From a virus (Duplodnaviria > Heunggongvirae > Uroviricota > Caudoviricetes), in the IMG/VR virus record IMGVR_UViG_2802429237_000003, positions 1 to 40,233 of that record: a stretch of 40,233 nt of DNA. The stretch is one strand, 5' to 3'. The position numbers and the translations under genes are program-made. Positions 7,589 through 15,552 of the stretch are shown here, in pieces; the stretch's first letter is position 1, and each line of letters opens with the position of its first letter. Under the pieces are notes generated by a model that saw only the letters and a program-made list of their open reading frames with translations, made no database searches and was not told the DNA's origin.

Positions 7589-8536
7589 ATGAGCAGCAAG
7601 CTTCATGGTCTTGTCTGGGAAGGGTGTGCTTTCACTGGCATGATCTTATCCAGGGTGGCAGTAATGGCTCGCCTTGCAGATTATAGCAATGACGAAGGTG
7701 TGTCATGGCCTGCAGTGGAGACCATTCGTCGTCAGATTGGGGCAAAGAGTGAATCAACGGTTAAAGCTGCGATAGCGGAACTGGAAAAGAACGGCTGGCT
7801 GACGAAGGAGGAACGTAAAGTCGGTGGACGTAATGAAAGCAATATCTACCGTCTTAATGTGGAAAAACTCGAAGCAGCAGCAGCGGCGGCGCGTGAGGCA
7901 TATAAACCGAAAAGAAAAATTAACCCGGTAAAAAATGACCCGTCAAATATTGCCCCCTCAACGGTTGACCCGTCAAATTTTGATGGATCAACCGTTGATA
8001 AAAAACAGCCGGTTAGGGGGGCGATGGTTGGCCCCGATCCGTCAGTATTAAAACCTGATCCGTCAGATAAAAGATCTTCTCGTCCGGAAGCTCCGCAACC
8101 GGACCTGCAGGCGGCTGAACAGGATTTTTTAACCCGACACCCTGACGCGGTTGTGTTCAGTGCGAAAAAACGCCAGTGGGGCAACCAGGAGGATTTAGCG
8201 TGTGCGCAGTGGATCTGGGGACGAATCGTGAGTCTTTACGAACAGGCTGCCAGCGATGATGGTGAGATCACGCGACCGAAAGAACCAAACTGGACTGCAT
8301 GGGCCAATGATGTGCGCACAATGCGGATGCTGGATGGCAGAACTCACAGACAAATTTGCGAAATGTTTGGTCGGGTACAGCGGGATCCCTTCTGGGTAAA
8401 AAACGTCATGAGCCCGTCAAAGCTTCGCGAAAAATGGGATGAGCTGGTTATTCGTCTGGGGCGTTCGCCTGTACAGCGTTGCGTGAATCATATTTCCGAG
8501 CCGGACACCGAAATTCCGCCGGGCTTCAGGGGGTAA
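7589..8536 (+). CDS. replication initiation protein, O-like, with N-terminal winged-helix HTH (315 aa)
   Basis: N-terminal ~90 aa resemble the HTH_36 replisome-organiser domain; contains internal iteron-like DNA repeats as in lambda O; position after cro/cII-like genes. Confidence 0.6.
   Translation: MSSKLHGLVWEGCAFTGMILSRVAVMARLADYSNDEGVSWPAVETIRRQIGAKSESTVKAAIAELEKNGWLTKEERKVGGRNESNIYRLNVEKLEAAAAAAREAYKPKRKINPVKNDPSNIAPSTVDPSNFDGSTVDKKQPVRGAMVGPDPSVLKPDPSDKRSSRPEAPQPDLQAAEQDFLTRHPDAVVFSAKKRQWGNQEDLACAQWIWGRIVSLYEQAASDDGEITRPKEPNWTAWANDVRTMRMLDGRTHRQICEMFGRVQRDPFWVKNVMSPSKLREKWDELVIRLGRSPVQRCVNHISEPDTEIPPGFRG
7937..8066 (+). repeat. iteron-like direct repeats (candidate replication origin) inside the O-like gene
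   Basis: Four copies of GA(C/T)CCGTCA(A/G) at 7937, 7967, 8036, 8057, with a palindromic TCAACGGTTGA between; encodes the repeated DPS peptide motif. Confidence 0.5.
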
Positions 8537-8576
8537 GTGTTAATTTCTGGTCATGAGGTAATTTTCAGGAGGGCTT

Positions 8577-8999
8577 GTGGCAAAAGTTTTTACACAAGAA
8601 GAGCGGGAAAAAATTAAAGGGCAGGTTGTTGAACTCGTACGCCAGAGTGGGCGCGAGACGTTACAACAACTGGAAACTAAAACTGGGGCAACAAGATATC
8701 TGATGAGCGTTCTGGCCAGAGAGCTGGTTGCCAGTGGCGATGTATACAACTCTGGTTACGGGTTATTCCCGTCTGAACAGGCGCGTAAGGACTGGCAAAA
8801 TGCCCGTAAAAAGCTCTCAAGGGCAAAGCCGAAGAAACCATCTGCGGTTGATCCGGACCTTATCTGGTCATTACCAGACGGAGAAATACGTCGTTACGAC
8901 AGGCGTTTGAACATAATCTGTCGCGAGTGCCGGAAGAGTGAGGTTATGCAGCGAGTGCTGGCGTTTTATCAGGGGAAATTTCAGGAGGTGATGCTGTGA
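8577..8999 (+). CDS. hypothetical protein (140 aa), replication-region
   Basis: ORF with GTG start and SD AGGAGG 6 nt upstream; in an operon-like run with overlapping downstream genes. Confidence 0.5.
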   Translation: MAKVFTQEEREKIKGQVVELVRQSGRETLQQLETKTGATRYLMSVLARELVASGDVYNSGYGLFPSEQARKDWQNARKKLSRAKPKKPSAVDPDLIWSLPDGEIRRYDRRLNIICRECRKSEVMQRVLAFYQGKFQEVML

Positions 9000-9250
9000 G
9001 CGAATCAAAATGTCAGGTTAATGGCAATCAGATAGAACCATGTGCGGCACTGGCAAAGTCCCTTGAGCATGATGCTGAATACACGACGCGAAAAGGTCTG
9101 CTGATATACAAAATCTGGAATGAGAGTTTAACTCGCGGTCCTGATTTGGTGATGTTGCGTTCCGGTGAATTTTCTAAATTACCAGTGCGGGTTTCATTTT
9201 GTCCGTTCTGTGGTGAAAGTCTGAAAACGTGGGAGAACAGAAATGAATGA
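8996..9250 (+). CDS. hypothetical protein with C-terminal CPFCG motif (84 aa)
   Basis: GTG start overlapping the upstream stop; translationally coupled chain. Confidence 0.4.
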   Translation: MSESKCQVNGNQIEPCAALAKSLEHDAEYTTRKGLLIYKIWNESLTRGPDLVMLRSGEFSKLPVRVSFCPFCGESLKTWENRNE

Positions 9251-9548
9251 AATTAGAGAAATACCAGTAGTACGTGATGAATATGGCTGCTGGACGCATC
9301 CTGAATATGAAAAATTCTGTGATGGTAGAGAACTTATTTCAACGGAAGAGTTTAACGCCTGGATGGAGGAAAATAATCTTCAATGGACCATCAGAACTAT
9401 GGATGAAGATGATTTTAATCTGGACGCGGATGGTCCCGATATTGCCTCCTGGAAACCGGAGCGCCCGGAAGGTGAAGGCTGGTTCATTGGTTCCATTCAT
9501 GACACTGAAGATGGTCCTGTTTGTGTATGGCTGAGAAATAAGGCTTAA
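9243..9548 (+). CDS. hypothetical acidic protein (101 aa)
   Basis: ATG overlaps the upstream stop (ATGAATGA); protein-like composition. Confidence 0.5.
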   Translation: MNEIREIPVVRDEYGCWTHPEYEKFCDGRELISTEEFNAWMEENNLQWTIRTMDEDDFNLDADGPDIASWKPERPEGEGWFIGSIHDTEDGPVCVWLRNKA

Positions 9549-9681
9549 GCATAAAGGCGATAAACCACCTGACAACAAAACACTGAAAATTTAAATCAGA
9601 AGTGAATTTTATTAAATCCTTAACCGGAGGGATTTCTGCACCCTCAGAACATCAGGAGGCCGCCCGAAAGGGCGGTAATGA

Positions 9682-9900
9682 ATGGTCACATTATTCAGAA
9701 AAAAGTATCCGCGAAAGAGTAGAACAACAGAATTCCTGTTTCTCATTCTGTTTATCGTGTTGATGATACCGATATCCCCGTTAATCCTGGTTTGGATAAT
9801 CGGAAAAATAATTGAGCCAGTTATTGAATTGTATAACGACGTGGTATGGGCGTCGTTCAACACACTGCACAATAAAATTAATCCGTATAAGGAAAACTGA
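9682..9900 (+). CDS. small basic-N-terminus single-pass membrane protein (72 aa)
   Basis: Hydrophobic stretch FLFLILFIVLMIPISPLILVWIIG after KKYPRKSR; AT-rich; preceded by two hairpins and an AGGAGG; stop is 2 nt before the next start. Confidence 0.4.
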   Translation: MVTLFRKKYPRKSRTTEFLFLILFIVLMIPISPLILVWIIGKIIEPVIELYNDVVWASFNTLHNKINPYKEN

Positions 9901-9901
9901 A

Positions 9902-10165
9902 ATGGCAACTTTGACAAAAAAAGAACAGGCATGGTTGAACGAATTACAGGACGTTCTTGATCGCTGTCCATCACCGAAAAAAATTGGTTTTTACACCATT
10001 GGCGATAAAAACATTTACCTGTATGACCTACGCCGCATGGATGAAATCATGGAGGCTCTTGATAATCGTTCGTCAATGGATTGGTGTGTTGCTGTTTATG
10101 ATATGAATGCCGGATTTGATGAAAAGATTCTGTTCCCCTCGTCAGTTGAAAGCACTGCGGGTTAA
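9902..10165 (+). CDS. hypothetical protein (87 aa)
   Basis: Internal ATG of ORF 9812..10165 with AAGGA SD; coupled to the upstream small gene. Confidence 0.5.
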   Translation: MATLTKKEQAWLNELQDVLDRCPSPKKIGFYTIGDKNIYLYDLRRMDEIMEALDNRSSMDWCVAVYDMNAGFDEKILFPSSVESTAG

Positions 10166-10175
10166 GGAGTAATAC

Positions 10176-10625
10176 ATGACCACTATTACCAAAGAACGCG
10201 CGGAGATTAAATCATTCATCACTGGTTTCCTGAGCGACCCGGCGCACGATAACCAATCCTCAGACAGCCTGCTTGCCAATGTGTTTCGTATCGCACAGGC
10301 ATCGCTGGAAGCAGAGCCGATAGCGTGGCGATATCGCTATGTGAAAAAAGGCATTACGGACTCACAGGGGGAGCCGTGGGTTGGTGACTGGAAATATGTA
10401 CCGACAAAAGAGGATTGCAACGACAGACCGAACTATGAAATTCAGGCGTTATTCACTGCCCCGCCTGTGCCACTGACACCAGAAGGATTGATTAAAGCAG
10501 TGCGCTTCTATGAACAGGTTAAGCGTGAGAATCCGCCAGCCGAAACCGGAGCATGGAAAGACGCTATAGACTGGGTGCTCAAAGAGGCTTGCCAAGCTGT
10601 AAACATTGGCATTAAAGGAGAGTGA
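10176..10625 (+). CDS. hypothetical phage protein (149 aa), paralogous N-terminus to next gene
   Basis: SD AGGAG; N-terminus MTTITKE...ASLEAEPIAW resembles MTTFTDKE...TSLEAEPVSQ of the downstream gene. Confidence 0.55.
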   Translation: MTTITKERAEIKSFITGFLSDPAHDNQSSDSLLANVFRIAQASLEAEPIAWRYRYVKKGITDSQGEPWVGDWKYVPTKEDCNDRPNYEIQALFTAPPVPLTPEGLIKAVRFYEQVKRENPPAETGAWKDAIDWVLKEACQAVNIGIKGE

Positions 10626-10626
10626 T

Positions 10627-11181
10627 ATGACCACTTTCACCGACAAAGAACTGATTAAAGAAATCAAAGAGCGCATAGGCAGCCTGGATGTGCGGGACAA
10701 TATTGAGCGCCGGGCATATGAAATTGTACTGACATCGCTGGAAGCCGAACCTGTAAGCCAGACTTACAACTTGCCAGAATTAATCGAAGGCATGGAAGTT
10801 TCCATTGATGTAAGCACTTGTGATGCTGATTTAGGTAATCGCTATTTCGGCACCGTCACCGAGGCGTTAGAACTTGATACAGCCAAGAATGGTTACATCC
10901 TCCTGGTTCAGGACGCAGAGCCAAACTTCGATGTAAATGGCAACTCTCCGGTAACTCCGGATGGTTGGATAAGCTGTAGTGAGCGAATGCCTGAAAAGGG
11001 CCAGAACGTGCTTATTTCGGTGAATTTTGATAGCTCTCTGGTTGAACCGCTAATATGCTCCGCACGCTATACAGGAAGCACCTTTCGGCGCGGAGATGCA
11101 ACGATTAAACCGGGTAATGGTATTGAGCAGGCAACTCACTGGATGCCGTTACCGGAACCACCGCAGGAGGTGAACAGATGA
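10627..11181 (+). CDS. DUF551-like phage protein (184 aa)
   Basis: C-terminal GWISCSERMPEKGQNVLI ... HWMPLPEPP resembles the DUF551 signature common in lambdoid nin regions; SD AGGAGAG. Confidence 0.55.
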   Translation: MTTFTDKELIKEIKERIGSLDVRDNIERRAYEIVLTSLEAEPVSQTYNLPELIEGMEVSIDVSTCDADLGNRYFGTVTEALELDTAKNGYILLVQDAEPNFDVNGNSPVTPDGWISCSERMPEKGQNVLISVNFDSSLVEPLICSARYTGSTFRRGDATIKPGNGIEQATHWMPLPEPPQEVNR

Positions 11182-11573
11182 AAAATGAAACCGACAATGT
11201 TATCACCCTGGTGCAACCAAAATCAGAGGAAGAAGGGCTTCTCAACGTTGTGATAACCGACAGAAAAAGCGGCGAGCAAAAATGCTGTCAGCATATTCGT
11301 ACAACAATTTCAGAAGTGAATCGTACGATTACCTGCAAACGGTGTGGATTAGCTTTAGATCCGTTCGAGTTTATTCTCGACCGTGCGAGAAACGGTAAAA
11401 ACATCGTGTCTGAGATTAAATCACTCTATGCAAAGCGGGATGCTCTTCGTGAAGCTGTGGCAAAACTTGAACGTGAAGAGAAAAACGCCAAAGCCCGGTT
11501 GCGAGCAGCCAGGACAGCAATACTGTATGCGGAAAATGACCTTAAAAATATTGAGCAGGAGGTGAGTCGATGA
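11178..11573 (+). CDS. hypothetical protein with CxxC..CxxC zinc ribbon and C-terminal coiled coil (131 aa)
   Basis: ATG overlaps upstream stop; CCQH...CKRCG motif. Confidence 0.5.
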   Translation: MKNETDNVITLVQPKSEEEGLLNVVITDRKSGEQKCCQHIRTTISEVNRTITCKRCGLALDPFEFILDRARNGKNIVSEIKSLYAKRDALREAVAKLEREEKNAKARLRAARTAILYAENDLKNIEQEVSR

Positions 11574-11737
11574 CCTGGCCTGAAGCATTCACAACGGTAG
11601 GGATTGCAATGGCGGGGTGGTGGTTACCTGAATATGTGGAATAGTTGAACAATCTAATCAGGGGGGATGTGGATTTGTGGTCTGAGTGATTTGTTTTGTT
11701 AACCATGATAGCAAAGAAAGCCTGATTTTTTGCTTGG

Positions 11738-11766
11738 TTGACTAATGCTACCTGCAAGGTAAACTT
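11738..11766 (+). promoter_or_regulatory. candidate sigma70 promoter of the AT-rich two-gene cassette (TTGACT, 16-bp spacer, TAAACT)
   Basis: -35/-10-like hexamers ~45 bp upstream of the cassette start codon, inside a 230-bp noncoding gap. Confidence 0.35.
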
Positions 11767-11810
11767 AACTTAGCCTATCAAAGTGGGCGAACACTCACGT
11801 GGGGAATTGT

Positions 11811-12014
11811 ATGCCTAAAAATTATGCATTTAAAAAGGTATTAGAGCCTGTTTATGAGCAAATTGTATCGGCGGAGACTCTGTTATCTTTTGGTGGCGAA
11901 CGGATGGAAAATATCGAACGTATTGAGTTTCGGGCGCCAAAGATTGGCGATGATAACTTTGGCAAGTTTAAAATTCGTTACAAAACGCCAATGTTATGTG
12001 AGGTAGGGCGATGA
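11811..12014 (+). CDS. cassette gene 1: small soluble protein of unknown function (67 aa)
   Basis: ATG with GGGGA SD 7 nt upstream; stop overlaps the start of gene 2 (ATGA); AT-rich relative to flanking phage genes. Confidence 0.5.
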   Translation: MPKNYAFKKVLEPVYEQIVSAETLLSFGGERMENIERIEFRAPKIGDDNFGKFKIRYKTPMLCEVGR

Positions 12015-12472
12015 CAGGAGCGGATGCGTCTCAAAATAGACGTAGCGACGAAGCAAAAGAGAGAAAGCCGAATCCTATAGTCGCTATAGAAAGATTCGTA
12101 GAAGTCCAGACAAAAGAAATTGAGCTTAAAAAGAAGGAACTTGATTTTAAGACTCAAGAACTTGAAATAAGAAAGCAAGAGATTGATAGTAACAAGGAAA
12201 TAGCACTTAAGTCCATAGAGGCGCAGAAAGAGGATCGGGCAACACAGGCCACTATTTTTAGTAGAGTTGAAGTTAAAAAGGTCTATTTTAAATATATTGT
12301 AACAATTTGTGTTACATTGGTTGTGATGGTGTCGATGTTCACAGGAAATGCCCAGTACGCAATTGAGCTTGCGAAGATTGGTGGTGGGGTTCTTGCAGGA
12401 TATCTTGCTGGTATGTATAAGGGAAAATCAGATCAGCTGGAAAAGAATTCATCACAAAAGGCTGAAGATTGA
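12011..12472 (+). CDS. cassette gene 2: charged coiled-coil protein with C-terminal transmembrane segments (153 aa)
   Basis: N-terminal K/E-rich repeat-like region (KEIELKKKELDFKTQELEIRKQEID), C-terminal hydrophobic stretches IVTICVTLVVMVSMF and GGGVLAGYLAGMY; followed by an intrinsic terminator. Confidence 0.55.
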   Translation: MTGADASQNRRSDEAKERKPNPIVAIERFVEVQTKEIELKKKELDFKTQELEIRKQEIDSNKEIALKSIEAQKEDRATQATIFSRVEVKKVYFKYIVTICVTLVVMVSMFTGNAQYAIELAKIGGGVLAGYLAGMYKGKSDQLEKNSSQKAED

Positions 12473-12510
12473 AATTGGTACCTCCGGTTTGTTTTTGTGC
12501 ATTTTTTACG

Positions 12511-12536
12511 TGCCCGCCTTGGCGGGTTTTGTTTTT
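12511..12536 (+). terminator. rho-independent terminator after the two-gene cassette
   Basis: GCCCGCC..GGCGGG stem followed by TTTTGTTTTT. Confidence 0.6.
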
Positions 12537-12609
12537 CCCCTGTATTCTGGTTTACAATTCGCACGTCAGCCTGAACACCTGACACCTGCTGCGCCAGCAG
12601 AGAAAACCG

Positions 12610-12882
12610 ATGGCGCACAATACCAAACATCACAATTCTGATACCGACCTTGCCAGCAGGCACGGGCGGCGTTCTCATACATTCAAATATGACTGGTACC
12701 AGCATGACCCCTGCACTGAAGAACAGGCCGAATGGCTGATTCATAACTACCGCAGACGTGGGTATGAGTTTAAGAAAGCCCTCAGCCTCGATTATCGTCA
12801 CTGGATAATCTACGTCAGGCTCCCTTACTCCGAACGCCCACCGCGTCCGTCCCGCACATTCCAGCAACGCATCTGGAGGTAA
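12610..12882 (+). CDS. hypothetical basic protein (90 aa)
   Basis: ORF with protein-like composition directly upstream of the DUF968 gene; weak SD; start uncertain. Confidence 0.4.
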   Translation: MAHNTKHHNSDTDLASRHGRRSHTFKYDWYQHDPCTEEQAEWLIHNYRRRGYEFKKALSLDYRHWIIYVRLPYSERPPRPSRTFQQRIWR

Positions 12883-12883
12883 C

Positions 12884-13933
12884 GTGCGGGTATTGCTTCG
12901 ACCTGTTCCGGTACCGGAACTCGGGCTGGTGGTCTTTAAGCCTGGTCGTGAATCCATGCAGGTATTTCATAACCCTCGAGTACTGGTGGAGCCGGAACCG
13001 AAAAGCATGTGCAGTCTGCCGTCCGGAGTTGTTCCTGCCGTTCGTCAGCCGCTGGCGGAAGATAAATCATTGCTGCCATTTTTCAGCGACGAACGGGTGA
13101 TTCGTGCTGCCGGCGGCGCTGGTGCACTGTCTGACTGGCTCCTGCGTCATGTTAAATCCTGCCAGTGGCCTCATGGTGACTACCATCACAGTGAAACCGT
13201 CATACATCGTTACGGTACCGGCGCGATGGTGTTGTGCTGGCACTGCGACAACCAGCTGCGTGACCAGACCTCAGAATCACTTGAGCAACTTGCTCAACAA
13301 AACCTGACAGCATGGATGATTGACGTCATCCGTCACGCAATAAGCGGTGCGCAGGAGCGTGAATTATCGCTGGCTGAATTATCCTGGTGGGCTGTCTGCA
13401 ATCAGGTGGCGGACGCACTACCGGAGGTAGTATTACGTCGTTCTCTGGGGTTACGTGCGGAAAAAATTCACTCGGTGTACCGCGAAAGCGACATCATACC
13501 GGGAGAGCAGACAGCCACCAGCATACTGAAGCAGCGCACAAAAAATATTGCGCTACCACCTCACGCCCACCAGCAACAGAACCCACCACAGGAAAAGACG
13601 GTGGTAAGCATTGCCGTTGATCCGGAGTCTCCGGAATCTTTCATGAAGCGCCCTAAACGTCGCCGCTGGGTAAATGAGAAATACACGCGCTGGGTAAAGA
13701 CACAGCCGTGTGCGTGTTGTGGTAAGCCAGCCGACGATCCCCATCACCTGATTGGTCATGGTCAGGGCGGAATGGGGACAAAATCCCACGATATTTTCAC
13801 GCTACCGCTGTGCCGGGAGCATCACAACGAACTTCATGCGGATCCGCTGGCGTTCGAAGAAAAGCATGGTTCCCAGGTTGATTTAATTTTTCGTTTTCTT
13901 GATCACGCCTTTGCAACCGGCGTGCTCGGGTAA
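12884..13933 (+). CDS. DUF968 family protein (YdfU-like) with C-terminal HNH-like Cys/His cluster (349 aa)
   Basis: Size and CACCGKPADDPHHLIGHGQGG...LPLCREHHNELH C-terminal motif typical of lambdoid DUF968 proteins; precedes rusA. Confidence 0.65.
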   Translation: MRVLLRPVPVPELGLVVFKPGRESMQVFHNPRVLVEPEPKSMCSLPSGVVPAVRQPLAEDKSLLPFFSDERVIRAAGGAGALSDWLLRHVKSCQWPHGDYHHSETVIHRYGTGAMVLCWHCDNQLRDQTSESLEQLAQQNLTAWMIDVIRHAISGAQERELSLAELSWWAVCNQVADALPEVVLRRSLGLRAEKIHSVYRESDIIPGEQTATSILKQRTKNIALPPHAHQQQNPPQEKTVVSIAVDPESPESFMKRPKRRRWVNEKYTRWVKTQPCACCGKPADDPHHLIGHGQGGMGTKSHDIFTLPLCREHHNELHADPLAFEEKHGSQVDLIFRFLDHAFATGVLG

Positions 13934-13945
13934 AAGAGGTTACTG

Positions 13946-14305
13946 ATGCATATAGAGTTTGTTTTGCCTTACCCGCCGACGGTGAATACTTACTGGCGAC
14001 GTCGTGGCAGCACATATTTTATATCAAAAGCCGGTGAGCGTTATCGCCGTGATGTGGCACTTATTGTTCGCCAGCAGCAACTGAAATTAAACCTGTCCGG
14101 AAGGCTGGCGATAAAGATTATTGCAGAGCCACCGGATAAGCGCCGTCGTGATCTGGACAATATCCTGAAAGCACCGCTGGATGCGCTGACGCATGCGGGA
14201 CTGCTTATCGACGACGAGCAGTTTGATGAAATTAATATTGTGCGCGGTCAGCTTGTTCCTGGTGGGCGGTTGGGGGTAAAAATCACAGAACTGGAGTGCG
14301 CATGA
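13946..14305 (+). CDS. rusA: crossover junction endodeoxyribonuclease RusA (Holliday junction resolvase; 119 aa)
   Basis: Length and motifs (PPTVNTYWRR, DKRRRDLDNILKAPLDAL, GGRL..ITE) match the RusA family. Confidence 0.85.
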   Translation: MHIEFVLPYPPTVNTYWRRRGSTYFISKAGERYRRDVALIVRQQQLKLNLSGRLAIKIIAEPPDKRRRDLDNILKAPLDALTHAGLLIDDEQFDEINIVRGQLVPGGRLGVKITELECA

Positions 14306-14991
14306 ATAACCAGTATTTACAGTTTGTTCGTGAGCAACTCATGATTGCCACCGCCGATTTGAGTGGAGCAACAAAAGGGCAGCTTGAGGCCTGGCAGGAT
14401 AATGCCATGTTTGATACGGGGCGTTACAGGCGTAAAAAAATCCGGTACCGAGATGAGGTGACCGGAAAAATGATAACGCTGGATAATCCACCAATCCCGG
14501 GTAAACAATCGCTGGCAAAGGGGACGTCAATTCCTCTGGTAAGTCAGGTTGAGTTTTCGACATCATCATGGCGACGGGCGGTTCTGTCTCTTGAAGAACA
14601 TCATAAAGCCTGGTTGTTGTGGTGTTACGGCGGAAATATTTGCTGGGAGTATCAGATCGCGATAACACAGTGGGCGTGGAATGAATTTAACGCGCAATCT
14701 GGTACCAGAAAAATTGCGGAGAAAACACGGGAGCGCCTGAAAAAATTAATCTGGCTGGCGGCGCAGGATGTCAGGGGATGGGTAGCCGGGCATGAGAACT
14801 ACCAGCGACAGGAACTTGCCAGGCTGTGTGGAATTAAACCTGACAACTGGAGCCATAATTATGCGAACTACTGGCGTGAGATGTGCGACATTTTTAAGAA
14901 TCTTGATACAGAATCCTTGATTTGCACAGTGAAAATGAGAACACAACAAAAAGCGACCTTTTCGCGACGAGATGTTGCAAAAATCAATTAA
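14302..14991 (+). CDS. putative late-gene antitermination protein Q (229 aa)
   Basis: ATG overlaps rusA stop (ATGA); position between rusA and a promoter plus intrinsic terminator ~65 bp downstream is the canonical Q context; family not confirmed by motif. Confidence 0.55.
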   Translation: MNNQYLQFVREQLMIATADLSGATKGQLEAWQDNAMFDTGRYRRKKIRYRDEVTGKMITLDNPPIPGKQSLAKGTSIPLVSQVEFSTSSWRRAVLSLEEHHKAWLLWCYGGNICWEYQIAITQWAWNEFNAQSGTRKIAEKTRERLKKLIWLAAQDVRGWVAGHENYQRQELARLCGIKPDNWSHNYANYWREMCDIFKNLDTESLICTVKMRTQQKATFSRRDVAKIN

Positions 14992-15003
14992 ATCGCGTAC
15001 ATT
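14975..15003 (+). promoter_or_regulatory. candidate late promoter P_R' (TTGCAA, 17 bp, TACATT)
   Basis: Hexamers with 17-bp spacing overlapping the 3' end of the Q-like gene, ~55 bp upstream of the terminator hairpin. Confidence 0.35.
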
Positions 15004-15054
15004 TCGTGTAAATTTGATATTTTGCCGATTTTGTACGCGATGGCAAAGTAAGCA

Positions 15055-15080
15055 AGGCCCGCCGCTGAGCGGGTTTTTTT
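15055..15080 (+). terminator. rho-independent terminator (t_R'-like) downstream of the Q-like gene
   Basis: CCCGC(CGCTGA)GCGGG stem-loop followed by seven T. Confidence 0.65.
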
Positions 15081-15204
15081 ATGCCTGAAAAATGGTACAG
15101 AACATTAAACACGCTGGTGGTTGCGAATACTGGTCTTTCAGCTTGCTGGTTTTTTCGACAAGAGTTATTGGTATGTCACGTTAACCGGAATAAGGGAAAA
15201 AGAC

Positions 15205-15402
15205 ATGCTAAAACAGCAGGATATGACCGAAACCGCCAGAGTGGTGTTTAATGAATTAAGCGTCACCGAACCGGCGACCGTCGGGGAAATTGCGCAGAAT
15301 ACTTACCTTTCACGCGAACGCTGCCAGTTAATACTGACTCAGCTTGTCATGGCGGGTCTGGCAGATTATCAGTTCGGTTGTTACAGACGCCTTCCTCAGT
15401 GA
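15205..15402 (+). CDS. small putative DNA-binding protein (65 aa)
   Basis: Internal ATG of ORF 15121..15402 with AAGGGA SD; a possible HTH is suggested by composition only (ATVGEIAQNTYLSRERCQLIL). Confidence 0.4.
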   Translation: MLKQQDMTETARVVFNELSVTEPATVGEIAQNTYLSRERCQLILTQLVMAGLADYQFGCYRRLPQ

Positions 15403-15552
15403 AGGCTTTTTAATTTGTGGTAATGGGCGGCTGGTGGGTGTTAGCGGCACCTGCCAGCCATCTGCTCATGCGTTGGGGTCACAAGCAAACCTCAGGCCCA
15501 TCTGCTTTGCGCAAAAGCGGTATGAGCCTATCAGAGAAGTGCTTATTGATCT

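Noticed and set aside
9612-9974. 120-aa minus-strand ORF
   Set aside because: Antisense to the small membrane protein and the downstream coupled gene; runs through upstream hairpins; no SD.
12433-12957. 174-aa minus-strand ORF spanning the cassette terminator and the 90-aa and DUF968 gene starts
   Set aside because: Crosses an intrinsic terminator and overlaps better-supported plus-strand genes; Arg/Pro-rich composition.
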